In this document: in pieces, positions 40,939-53,849 of the stretch
Position numbering within the stretch: the stretch's first letter is position 1
Layout: each line of letters starts with the position of its first letter
Source of the DNA: Octopus sinensis
Lineage: Eukaryota
DNA: 64,000 bases
Reading direction: 5' to 3'
Assembly: GCF_006345805.1 (NCBI RefSeq)
Contig: NC_042997.1
Location: 46,190,001 to 46,254,000, forward strand
Translations under genes and position numbers: made by a program
Notes under the pieces: model-generated
Databases searched by the model: none
What the model saw: only the letters and a program-made list of their open reading frames with translations
Told to the model about the DNA's origin: nothing

Positions 40939-41012
40939 CAGGTCACTGCCAGGAATCGAACGCGGAATCTTGGGCTTAGTAGACTGCGCTCTTAACCACT
41001 ACGCCATATGCC
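40939..41012 (-). mobile_element. Short tRNA-derived SINE or tRNA pseudogene with an (AAT)(AAG)(AAC) tail
   Basis: The minus strand reads ggcataTGGCGTAGTGGttaagagcgc...GCGTTCGATTCCtggcagtgacctg. A and B boxes are present but the acceptor stem does not pair. Confidence 0.7.
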
Positions 41013-41156
41013 AGTCAGTTGTCTGTACTTCATTGGTGTAAAGTGATCCTTGTTCGTGATCAAGATCTGTGACAACTTCCTCTCTGTTTTCAAACTTGGG
41101 CCTTTCTTTACTGTGCTGTAGCTACCAAGGACCCTACTTTGAAAACAGAGACGAAC

Positions 41157-41409
41157 TTTTATTCTTTTATTTGTTTCAGTCATTTGACTGCGGCCATGCA
41201 GGAGCAACGCTTTTAGTCGAGCAAATTGACCCCAGAACTTATTCTTTGTAAGCCTAGTACTTATTCTATCGGTCTCTTTTGCAGAACCGCTAAGTAACGG
41301 GGACGTAAACACACCAGCTTCGGTTATCAAGCGATGGTGGGGGACAAACACAGATATAGAAACGTACACACATGCTATACATACATACATATATACATAC
41401 ATTCATATA

Positions 41410-41464
<55 letters not shown>

Positions 41465-41607
41465 ATACGACGGGCTTCTTTCAGTTTCCGCCTACCAAAT
41501 CCGATGCTATAGTAGAAGACACTTACACAATATACCTCGCAATGAGACTGAATCCGGAACCATGTGGTTGGTAAGGAAGCTACTTACCACACAGCCACTC
41601 CTGCGCC
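41157..41607 (-). mobile_element. SINE family B
   Basis: Reverse complement of the 26305 copy, with a small internal deletion. Confidence 0.9.
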
Positions 41608-41933
41608 TATATATATGCACAACATATGGTAGTTTAGTTAACAGTTGGTCTAAATGACTAGGTAGGTTGGGTAAATTCTGTAACGGAATACCAGGGCTCC
41701 GAACTCATAGCCGAGACGGAAATTATGGAACCATTGTAGATTTCCGATACAGCTGATATATAATCTATACCCCTCACATTTTCATTATTTATCTCCGATG
41801 ATGGAATATCCCATACTTTGGGATACCTCGAAAACAACTGTGAGACTGATGCTTGTCTTGCCTTAACGCTTGTCGTCCTCTTTGGCAATTATATATACAA
41901 GCAAAAACGTATGTTTATACATATATGAATGTA

Positions 41934-41997
<64 letters not shown>

Positions 41998-42471
41998 CAT
42001 TCATGTATGTATGTGTGTGTACGTGCGTGCTTATGTGTGTGTGTGTTGTTTACATGTGCGTCTTAAAGTTGACACCTGTTGAAAGGCGCTGCTCTGGATT
42101 TGTGTCTCATACAACAGCGTCCACTAGCGTCTGGATCTAGTGATTAATAAAATATATACCCGACTTGAAAATATGTTCAGCAGCAGCGGATATGGTTCTC
42201 AATAAACGCCTCGTGACTGTGTGTCAGAATTACTGCTCTCTAATAACTTAATCAAGTCAAAGCGTATAAGAATGAAGACAATTTATTTGCATAAATTATG
42301 GACATTGCGTCCAGTGAAAAATCAATTCTTCTTTGCAAACAAATGCAAGGGAATCATCGAAAGAACTTGTACCTGAATGATGTAGTCACAATAGCAGCAA
42401 ATTGTCGCTAGAATTTGACTCTTCCCATGTTAACGAACGACAGCGCTTTGTGTAGTCGTCCGAGTTGGACG

Positions 42472-42694
42472 TAATATATTTCTTTATTGCCCACAAGGGG
42501 AATAGAGGGGACAAACAAGGACAGACAAAGGGATTAAGTCGATTACATGCGTAACTGGTACTTAATTTATCGACCCCGAAAGGATGAAAAGTAAAGTCGA
42601 CCTCGGCGGAATTTGAACTCAGAACGTAACGGCAGACGAAATACCGCTAAGCATTTCGCCCGGTGTGCTAACGTTTCTGCCAGCTCGCCGCCTT
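42472..42694 (-). mobile_element. SINE family A, full length, with 11-bp TSD
   Basis: Minus-strand head ggcggcgagctggcagaaacgttagcac. cgagttggacg occurs at 42461-42471 and 42695-42705. Confidence 0.95.
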
Positions 42695-43026
42695 CGAGTT
42701 GGACGAAATAGTAGCTGTAGCTAGCGTGGATATGTTCCTAAGTGCACAGGGACTAAAAATAAGCCCGGATGGGTATAGGTGGAGCGCCTTCTATCATACG
42801 GTAGTCGATAAAGTGGTTGATATGAGGCCAATAACAATGTCAATAACAGTAGCGACGACGATGACGACGTCAATGATAATAACAATAATAACGAAGACTG
42901 CAATGGAATTCAATACATTGGATATCCAGTGGAAAACGTAAAGTAGTAGATAAGTTATATTTACATAAAATTTATATACAACTATAGAAGCAAACTGTGT
43001 ATGTGATATTGATTTCTCACATAAAC

Positions 43027-43143
43027 ACAAGGCCTCGAATATGAAGGATAGTTACAGTCGATTATATCGACCCCAGTATCTGAATTATACCTATTGTATC
43101 GACTTCAGAAGGATGAAAGCAATGATGACCTCAGCGAGAATTG
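43027..43143 (-). mobile_element. Degenerate SINE family A fragment
   Basis: gtcgattatatcgaccccagt...gaaggatgaaagc...gacctc matches family A. Confidence 0.65.
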
Positions 43144-43517
43144 CTTATTTCATAATAATGATATACACAACGACTTAACCTGTCACCCAGTTCAATACCG
43201 CCACCTTGACAATAGCAAATTTTAGCGGAGACCACTCTATTACTATCATAGAAGACAGGGTCGTCTCTGGTCTAAGAATGATCTCCACATTTCCATTCAG
43301 GAGTCAAAGAAACCTTCGTTTCCATTCTCATTTATTTCCGTTCGTAAGAATGAAATAGTCGCAAGAACGTTCAACAAATACTCTTTGTATTAGGCTTATG
43401 TCCATTTATTGTTTTTTTTTTTTTTTGCTCAAACACCGCTCTTGTTCACATTCGGAGCCCAATGGACTGTGATTAGGAACACTGAACTCACCAGAATCCA
43501 ATATACATATATATATA

Positions 43518-43626
<109 letters not shown>

Positions 43627-43638
43627 CTATATATATAT

Positions 43639-43704
<66 letters not shown>

Positions 43705-43725
43705 AGAGATATATATAGATATATA

Positions 43726-43756
<31 letters not shown>

Positions 43757-43758
43757 AT

Positions 43759-43826
<68 letters not shown>

Positions 43827-44490
43827 GTCCTCGGTGCATGCGCTTGAGATAGCATTAAGACGAACTAACCGTCACTATGTATCATACTTAACGTATACAA
43901 CATCACCATTGAAAGACAGGATGTTAGAGAGGAAAATCTCTTAATTCACATTTCGTGTTAAGACCTGATAATAATACGTGTTAAACTTTCAAATGCGTTG
44001 ATTTCTGAGGCAGATTTCTTCATTTATTTGGCCTAGCAATGTTGCTTTGAACGTGGCAGCTTAAGAATGCACGCGCACACAGATACACATATGTATGCAT
44101 GTATGTATGCATGTATGTATGTATGTATGTATGTATGTATGTATGTATGTATGTATGTATGTATGTATGTGTGTATCTGTGTATGCATGCATGTATGTAT
44201 GTATGCATATATGTATGTATGTATGCATGCATGTATGTATGTATGTATGTATGCACGTATGCATGTATGCATGCATGTATGTATGTATGCACGTATGCAT
44301 GTATTTATCTATGTATGTATGCATGCATGTGAGTATGTATGTATTTATGTATATATAAATATAGTGTGTGTATGTTTGTGTGTGTGTATCGACGTTTTTT
44401 TTGGTGTCCTGTACTCATATATGTGTATATATACATGTAGAGGTAGGTACGTACATATATGTATATATATATGCATATGTTTTATTATTA

Positions 44491-44546
<56 letters not shown>

Positions 44547-44934
44547 AATGCATACATGCATAGATATATAAATGCATAAGCGTATAGATGCATAAAAAAA
44601 TGTGTGTACGAGGTTCTTTTATTTTGCTATCTTTCAAGATTTCTTTCAGCTCAATAACAGTGACCATGCTTGAACACCGCCTCTTTAATTGCAAATACTT
44701 CTATAAAGTTTGACTTGTGGTGAATAACGGAATTTCATGCGCTAACATCATTTCCGTTTCTCGCCGTATATAGGTTCGTCTGGATTCCCAAACAGTAGGT
44801 TAGCAAAGCTTGTCTTAAATTCATCTGCATTCAGTCCTCGCAGATTACACAGTTCCTTCAGTATCTCATTTAAATATCTGTTATTTAGTTTCTTTGGCAA
44901 CTCATTAAAAGAGCCTTCAGAATACTAAACTGTT

Positions 44935-47290
44935 GCAGCATGCGGTTCTGTGCTGGTGATCAGACGAGGAAAGCTAGCCAGGTTAGAAAGCATATGGTGG
45001 CCACCACGTGAAATGATGAAGGCAATTCGGCATAACTACAGATTTCTCCCCACCCCGAATGTGGATCATCATAACTTTCAGAAAAATGGATATTTTTTAA
45101 TGGAATTTTCTACGAATATGTGTTATATCATGTAGCCTCCGAATATACAACAGTTTTGGGAGAAAGGTTTTTAGGAGAGGATGAGATGTGGAATATCGGA
45201 AAATTAACCGGAGTCCACTTGAATTCCTCATAACTCTCAAATAATTGGATATCTTTTAATCAAATCTTCTACAAATATACCATGGACTACGTAGATTCCA
45301 AGGACATAGGGATGTTTTGGGAAAGCAACTGGGGGTTATTTTTGAGAAATGTTCCCCGCTCGGTAGTGTTTCGGAATAAATTGTCCGTATTTGTTTTATT
45401 TTCTCCGTTTTGTGCGTTTGTGCATCCGTAGATTTCTATTGAAGTAACAACAGGTCTTGAAAGCAAATGAAACCATCATCAGAAAACTCGTTATGCTAAA
45501 AATAACAGCTAAAGGCCTGCTACACAGAAATATGCTATTAAGACGACTTATCTGTAAATTCCCAGATAAACGTTTCTAATAGAGAGGCAAAAGACACCAG
45601 ATGCAAAAATAAGGAATATACACACACAGTTAAATATAGAAGTGTAAAGTATAATTTGTTACATAATCTCTATATTAAACATGATATTGAATGAAATAAT
45701 TCTCCGTTTCATTCTTTTTAATTACATATATGTCTGTGTATGTGTGTATGTGTGTGTGTATGTGTGTGTGTGTATGTGTGTGTGTGTGTAGAAATCTACG
45801 GATGCACAAAGGTACCAAACATGGGTGACTTGTTCCAAGATATTCCCGAATGGAGAACGGTTCTCAAAAATAACCCCCAATTGTTTTCCCCAAAATTCCT
45901 ATATCCTCGGAATCTACATAGTCCGAGGTAAATTTGTAGAGGATTTTATTATAAAAAATCCATTTTCCTGTAAGTTAAGACGAATTGAATTGGACTTCCG
46001 TAAATTTTCCAAAATTTCTCGACCCACCTCCTCCTAAAACACTTTCTCCCAAACATTTTGTATATTCAAAATTTACATGATATAACACATATTCGTTGAA
46101 AATTTCATTAACAAAATATCCATTTTTCTGAAAGTTATGATCATCCAAATTCGGGGGACAGAAATCTAGATATGCCGGCAATTCAACCTCAATCCAGCTA
46201 TAAATACCTTGGAAGTCTCGAGGTAGATGGGATGAAACAACACGACATGAAGGAAAAGACAAACAGACAGTACCTGCGGCGACTGTGAAAAATATTGGCT
46301 TCAAAGCTGAATGCTAGAAACACAATTTCGACAATAAACTCGCGGGCAGTCGCAGTAGTTCAGTATGACGCTAGAATCCTGATGTGGAAAGAAGAGGAGC
46401 TAAAGGAGAAGGACAGGAAGTCAAGAAAACTCCTAACGATGAATGGAGCCCATCATCCATTTTCAGACACTGATTACCTATACATGATGAGAACAAATGG
46501 AGGAAGGGGACTGATAAGTGTGGAAGACTGCATGCGTATCGAACTCCAGAGCTTAATGAGATGCCTTGCCAAAAGTTAGGAAAGCTTGCTAGTGACATTT
46601 AGGAACGAGGGAGTATTGAGAGCAGAGAAAAGAGGGAAAAGAAAGGAAAAAATACTAAAAGGACATGAAGAAGAATTACGCAACATAGGACTAAACAATC
46701 AATTCCAGTTAGCCACTACAGAGGTTGATGGAAAAAATAGGTGAGATTTGGCTGATGAAAGGAATACTATACTGGCAGCGCATGACCAAGCTCTGGCCAG
46801 GAACTGGAAGATCAACATTAAGAATGAGCAAGTGTCTACGCTGTGCCACATCTGCAATAGAGTAGATGAAACCATTGACCATATCACGAACGAATGCCCA
46901 AGGCTTGCCCCAAACCACGACAAGTTGTGGCAACATGACCAACTAGCGAAAGTGTTTCATTGGAAACTGTACAAAGACTGGGGTCATGAGAGGAGCAAGA
47001 CGTGATATGAGCACAAACTGCAGAAAGTGGCGTGGTCGGTGACTAGCAAAATCCTCCGGGATTTCCCAATCCAAACAGATCAGGTGCTAGGGCATAACAG
47101 ACCGGGCCTAGTGGTGGTGGACAAAGTGCACCACATATGCTATATAACTGATGTTGCATGTCCCTTTAACCCGTGAATAGTAAAGAAAAAGGCGAAAATA
47201 TAGATAGATACAACCCTCTTAAGTTCAAAATAGCCCGGCAATGGAAAATGAAGAAGGTGAAGATAGTGCCTATTATTGTTGTATGCATAA
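44935..47290 (+). mobile_element. R4/Dong-like RLE non-LTR retrotransposon 3' half, interrupted by the 45029-46176 insertion
   Basis: VLVIRRGKL...MKAI|QPQSSYKYLG...SKLNARNTISTINSRAV...LLTMNGAHHPFSDTDYLYMMRTNGGRGLISVEDC, a CCHC knuckle CHICNRVDETIDHITNEC, and the RLE region KILRDFPIQTDQVLGHNRPGLVVVD...ITDVACP. Confidence 0.9.
45029..46176. mobile_element. 1148-bp non-autonomous foldback/MITE with ~350-bp TIRs and 8-bp TSD
   Basis: Termini GGCATA...TATGCC. Arms 45029-~45385 and ~45815-46176 are imperfect inverted repeats. The TSD ggcaattc occurs at 45021-45028 and 46177-46184. Confidence 0.92.
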
Positions 47291-47449
47291 CATATAACGG
47301 TTAAAAAAGTGGCGGGGAGGATGATAGAGATGTGGCCCTCTTGATACAGGAAGGCTTTTAGGGATTATCGAGGAACCCCACTGTCTGAGATTTCCTTGAA
47401 ACCCAAAGAGCAAATGCCATCTCCAATTCCTTCTCTCTGACTCACAGGC

Positions 47450-49040
47450 CTATACGTAGGGAGGTACCATCTATTCTTGCCAATTTCGCAATTTTCACTC
47501 ACCTTACACTAAACTCACCCGAGGAAATCACTTCCGTCTCCATTTTCAATGTTCTTTTCAATGAGATCTCTACCAAAGAGGAATGTATCTGTCCACATGC
47601 CTTGCAACCTTGTCCAAAGAACCGCTTTCGCCACAGCCGCAGGACAAAGGAAAACTTGCCTTGCTGCCCGATTGAAGGAAGGCGGCGGTGCGATCATCAC
47701 GTGACAGCATTGTTTGACACAACCCCACAAGTAAGCAACGCCCGGACACTGAACGAGGGCAAGCAGAACGGTTTACTGACTTTGTGCGCACCTCGGACAA
47801 ACCTGTCTGATAGCACGTCCGTGTCTGTAGAGTTTATCTCGAACCGGTAGCGATCCCGTGTAGCACTGCCAGGCCAAGCAAATCTGGAAATTATCCATGA
47901 TATTTCCCGACCGGGGAGTCCTCCGGAACATATTAGCCGGTTCTTTCTCGTCGGCGCCCAGAGTCACACTGAGAATGTCGTCGCACTTTTCCGCCACTAA
48001 TCCTGTATACATTTCTAAAGCAGAACATCCACCGATCCCATTGCCCGACTGGTAGAGGGCTGTGAGCGCCTGACAATATTTTAGGTTCTAGGCGCTCAGT
48101 CTTGGTCTTTTCTTCACCCAGGACTGCAACTCCGCCAAGGAGACGATCGTCTCAGAGCATTAGGATACACAGCATACCTAATTCCTCACTCAGAGGATGC
48201 TGGCAACAGACTGACCGCCTGTTCATTGCAACACGTCCTTTCCACAAGAATTTCACTAAGAGATGCGCCAACCAGGTCAAGCAGCAACCGAGACAAGGCA
48301 CAACGGTCAAGCGATAAATGATAACGGAGACGATGTAAGCATTCACCACCTCTGACCGACCTTTCACGGACAGCTTTCTCTCAGCCCATTTCTGGGTTAG
48401 ACTGGCCACCCTGTTCGCCTTTTATTGCTGTTCTTATCAATCTGGAGGTCGGAACCGAACCAGACTCCGACCAGTTTAACTGGTCTGTCGGTCCAGCGTC
48501 CGACGACGCCGTCCGATGGCGTCGTCCTGTCTCTCCAGGAGCCCAACCACAAACGCACCGATTTGTCAGCGTTGATTTTAGCCCCTACAACCGACTTATA
48601 TTCCTGTTGGATGGCGCCGACTGTCTACACTTCGGAAGCGTCCGACAACATGACGGTAACGCTGTCCATGTATACTGACACTGCCCTTCCTTGTCCCAGT
48701 CCGAAAGGGATGCTCCTTAGCTGTTCCAACTTCCGCAGCTGTGGCTTGAGTGCTAATACGTACGGAAGAGGCAACAGCGGGTAGCTCTGATGGATTGAGC
48801 GTGCGATGCCAAACGGGTCCGATAGATGGGATTTTACTTTGACAACTGAACAGATGGCGCTCTGCATTGCAGCTATCCAGCCTTTGAAAATGGATTCGAA
48901 ACTGCCTGCTTCCAGAACGGCTTCCAAGTAGCGATGGTCGACCCTATCGAACCCTTTCGATTGATCCAAATTCATCATTCATCAGAGTACCCCAGTCCTC
49001 TCTAAGGTGTATCGCATAAGGTGGAGGTTTTCGTGGATAG
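47450..49040 (-). mobile_element. Tx1/L1-clade LINE, 5'-truncated, decayed
   Basis: IHENLHLMRY...NLDQSKGFDRVDHRYL...QSYPLLPLPYVLALKP (RT), WAERKLSVKGRSEVVNAYI, and zf-RVT LAWQCYTGSLPVRDKL...CPRC. Confidence 0.9.
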
Positions 49041-49400
49041 ACAACCACAAGAACCTGAGTACGGCATGGATTGGCCACAGTTAAGCGTTTGATAATGTCC
49101 TACATAAATGGATTTTCATGTTCCTTGATGTATGGAAGATGTCTCCTGCGGTCTCCAAATTCTTGCAGAATAGCATGGTGAAGTAGAATATACGTCCATT
49201 TCTAAAATATAGGAATATGATGAGACAATTCAACAGCATCAACATCAAACGAAGTATCTTTTAAGGTGACTCCCTCTCGCCATTACTTTTTTGCATGGCA
49301 CTGATCCCACTTTCAAACGAATTGAATAACACCAGATACGGGTACAAAATTATGAACAATATAACAAACCATCATGGACGATCTGAAGCTGTTTGCAACG
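49041..49400 (+). mobile_element. R4/Dong-like RT core fragment
   Basis: HKNLSTAWI...AFDNVLHKWI...GDSLSPLLFCMALIPLSNELN...MDDLKLFA. Confidence 0.85.
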
Positions 49401-50613
49401 GATGTCCAAGGATATTTCGAAACCTGGTTCCCAGTCTTTAACTCGAGCATATTTTACTCCCCACCAGACGTGCTGACGATTCTGCCAACAATAAAAATCA
49501 TTGCACTGTTTATATGTGCATTTACACACGCACACATCCACATACATACACAGATATCTCTGCACACGTACATAGTACATATAAATTGATACATATATGC
49601 ATACATTCAAAGAAATTCCTATAAGATATTTGTATTCATTGACGGAGCCAGCTGAGTGCTTTCTGAAAAGATATTAATCAATACTGTACATTCCAACCAT
49701 TTCCCTGTACCTGTGAATCTGATGTTTCGTCCCGTATATTTATGGGTTCTAGGCACTACTGTCAGAAAGATTTCAGTCTTATAGCTGTGTGTAATAGTCA
49801 AATTTCAATAGTGTAGACATTATTATAGAAAATTTCACTGCTGCCAGGTGCATAAAAAATATTGACTAGATTAGTCTTAAATCGTCTGAACCGGTATTTT
49901 GTTGACAAATAACTCCGTCTTCACTGTCTAGCAGACTGTCAGTGTGTCCGTCTGTACGTATGTTTGAGTGTGTGTTGTGTATGTGTGTGTGTGTGTGTTT
50001 ATAAACATTTTAAAATATGTATAAATAAGTATGTACATATTCCTCACACATGCGTAAACAGGCATACATATATACATACGCAAACGTACACACACATATA
50101 CACATATATGCACACACATATACATATATACAATATATTGCATGGACAGAAAGAGACGCACACGCGGCACACGCACACACACAATCGCTCGCACACACAC
50201 ACACACACACACAAAGAACACACATACACGAACACATACACACGCGCACACATACACTCATAAATATGTTTGCCTCTCTCTGTGTGTAATACTTTCCATG
50301 GGTGTAAACATATACAAATAAATCCAAAAGTATAAATATATGTGATGAAAGGATACATCTATGTACCTTATGCCAATATGCATTCACAATGTTAGGCGTA
50401 TACTGGCAGCTATCAGACAGATTTACATATAAAACTAGCAGGGACATACTTAGGGGCGTACGCGCAAAGATTTACGTTCTGTCATGTGAGGAAATGGAGC
50501 CTCCCGCTCCTTATATTCATCTATATACATACACACATACATACATATATACGCATTATCTATCTATCTGTCTTTCTGTCTCTCTGTCCATCTATCTATC
50601 TATCTATCTATCT

Positions 50614-50670
<57 letters not shown>

Positions 50671-51409
50671 ATGTCTGTCTGTCTGTCTGTCTGTCGGCCT
50701 ACCTGTCTGTCTGTCTGTCTGTCTGCCTGCCTGACTATCTATCTATCTATCTATCAAACGTACATGTTTGAGTGTGCGTGTATGTATGTATGTATGTATG
50801 CATGCATGTATGTATGTATGTATGTATGTATGTATTATGTATGTATGTATGTATGTATGTAGGTAGGTAGGTATGTGTGTTTGTGTGTATGTATGTATTT
50901 GCCCTCGTAGATAAGACCTAATCTTTTTTTGAGACGATATTTTAGCTGTTTCCAGCCCATTCGTTAATGTTCATTTCACTTCCATCTCTAAATCTCTCGG
51001 TAAAGACATGAATGACACAACTTAATTTTCTGCACAACGCCATAATGCAGACGGCTTATCTATGTGTCAAACTGTGATTGACAATATTTCTTTCTCTTTG
51101 TGTGTATACACGAATATACATATATATGTGTGTGTGTGATTGTGTGTGTGTGTGTGCTTGTGAGTGTATCTCTGTGTGTGTATCTCTATGTGTATTTGTA
51201 TGTGTTTGTGCGTGTGTGTCTGCGTGTGTAAGTGGATTGGAGTCAGGATCACTGAAGCCAATAGGAACCTCCGCGTTACGGAAGTAAAGAGCTCTAAGGT
51301 AAATAGTTATTATAAGAGTATATTAGTACTGTATATAATATATTTATGTTCAAGGCAAAGAGTATTATAATGTAATGGTACATAGTATATATTTGTTAAA
51401 GGAAGTCTC

Positions 51410-53090
51410 AGTTTATTTTTGATAGGCTCAGCTCAGAAATGTTTGAGACGCTGCTCTTGCGCTTATGCATCTTGCTGGTCTCCCATTGTAGGAACCAGAT
51501 GTAGTCACCTATCATGTGTGGATTGAACCGGCCTTGATTACCTCGTTTCCATCTCAGATATGTCCTGGTGGAACCTCTCACCATGCTCATAACTAACGGT
51601 ACCAAGATTCGTTGGAAAAAAATCTAGATGAGAAAGTAAGAAGTGCATTTTAAGGCACATTCGTCATCCCATTCTTTCATAGGCTGTTAGCATGTTGTTT
51701 ATTTAGATCAGCATAGTTTCAGCTCTATGATTTTCAAGAAAAGTTCTGTACAACTAACACGAATGAATCCCACGCAGTCAGCTCAACTGGATTCAGTTTA
51801 CCTCTGAATTTGCTATCAGACATCAATTCTCTGATCTTGGGTCCAATAAAAATGCCTGCTTTCAGTTTTGCGTCACTTTTCTCTGCACCAAATTTTACTT
51901 TTAAGAAGAAGCCACAACCATCGTGTGTCATTGCTTTTACAAATTTCTCATGAGGCCGAGTTTGATGTGAAGGATGGAAGGAAAATCTTTTGCGGGTCTA
52001 CCAGTGGGATATGCAGTACATTGTACCGACCAACTATGCGCCCATCTTTTTTTAGACCAGTCTTTTAATGATTGATGTCGTCGTGGCTGTTCCAAACACA
52101 TAAGAAGCAGATATTTTTGGTATATCCCAGCCGCAATCCTAGGAGGAGGGAAATCACCTTTAAATTACCACAATTATTCCACTTCTAAACTGAGTAATTA
52201 ATTCCTTTCAGAATGAGTTCCTTCGATTCATAAGTTTTGTCCATACCGACAACTTGACCCACAGTAATGGAAGATTTTTCATTACAACTATCTAACAACA
52301 TAGCTTTGAGACGAACCCCACTCGAATCAGTCGTTAGCCATATGCACGTGTCCTAGTTTTTGCATGAGTGCATTAACACCAGTACAGAAACAAGAATTAT
52401 TTATTGCTTGAGAAAGACAGATAGTATTCATGGCGACAACGGAAAATGGAAATTTTTGTACCTTGCTGTATGAGATTCCTTTGCTGTAGTCTGGATCTCC
52501 AAACTTCTGCCTTCTCTTTTGACAATGCTAGGTCTCATACTAAATCGTTCAAATCTTCTCGACAAGCGTGGTTCATTTTCTTAGAATCAACTACGTACTC
52601 TTCGTCGATAGGAGAGTCAGGAGGCTCATCGTGCTACGTGTCAAGGTCTTCAAGTGAATCATGTGAGAGGGGAACTTAGACATGGTTCTCGAAGTCATGT
52701 GGAATCGGTTTTAGAGCCGATTTACAATCTGCATACACAATTTTTGCTTTGGACTTCTTTGAGAAACCACTGGTATTAGTCATGTAAAGTAACAATCATA
52801 GACATGATTAGTTGGTTCACGTCATGCCATTGGTACAGCAAAAAGTATTCCCTTCTGTTTTTTATTCAGCCACTGTGTAAGCCCTGACTAACACACGGTG
52901 CAGCATATATGAGGTGCTCATCTCTTGTTTGTTTTGTTCCCCAACTTTACACCCGAAATAATATTTATAGGTAGTTTTTAATTTTGTGTCAATGTTCTTT
53001 CGATGGTCATGCGGAGCAAATTTTCCACAAAAATAACGAAAGTTTCTTGGTGATTCATAGCTTCTCCTAATCTCAAACGATGAACACAGT
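51410..53090 (-). pseudogene. Chapaev3-like (CMC superfamily) transposase pseudogene
   Basis: RYFCGKF...APHICC...AVPMA*REPTNHVYDCYF...DSSGVRLKAMLL...LKVISLLLGLRLGYTKNICFLCVW...KLKAGIFIGPKIRELM...KMHFLLSHLDFFPTNLGTVSYEHGERFHQDISEME...DYIW, including CxxC and H-x4-H motifs. The protein family is clear; the Chapaev3 name is from recollection. Confidence 0.75.
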
Positions 53091-53849
53091 GAAAGCAGTA
53101 ATCAGGCTGAGCGAGAGATAGACATACCAGACGTGGCGGCAGTGCAGACGACACTGAGCGTTACCTAGAACAAACTGACGTATTTGGCACTTGCACACAA
53201 ACGACAGCGCCATCTATTGCTAAACTAAATAAAGAACTTTCTCATTGTTTGTTCTATTGCTGTTATTTCTTTAATTTTGAATTAAGATCGCTTTCGTTTT
53301 AGCAATTTCATAATACAGCCTATATCTCGCCGGAAGTATAGGTATAATCTTGCGCATGTGCATAACTCTAAATTCTGACGTGCCAGAACAAGTCTGAATG
53401 CGGAGTTGGAATCAGCATCCTTGATTTAGTCCAAAACACATGCTTTTACCCCAGTAGCAAAATCTTTGTTGTCCATTGAAATCTGTCTTGATTCGAAATG
53501 CGAAATAAATTATCTCTTTTTCATGTTCTGAAGGATCATGTTTCGACACCCCCGTCTCTCCCAGAAACCAAAACAAAACAATAGCAAGAAAAGAAACAGC
53601 ATGACCATATTTATGCCTGAAAATATGAATTTCTAAACATGCCCTGACAAGATGTTTACGTATTATGGAAGAGAAATTCGTGAGGGAAGAAATAAATTTC
53701 AAATCATAACAGGGTACGTTGTTCCCACAAAAGATATTGATAACTGTGTGATGGGTGGTGGTTGAATAAGAGTTCTCGTAGGAATGAGGAACACTGCCTT
53801 TTATTTTATAATTCCTCATTACCATTATTATTTGTGGGTTGATGAACTT

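Noticed and set aside
40939-41012. Functional tRNA gene
   Set aside because: A and B boxes are present but the acceptor stem does not pair; the heads of SINE families A-C fail in the same way.
44935-49400. A single R4 element interrupted by Tx1
   Set aside because: The RT core (49041-49400) lies downstream of the C-terminal half, so the pieces are not colinear and must be separate copies.
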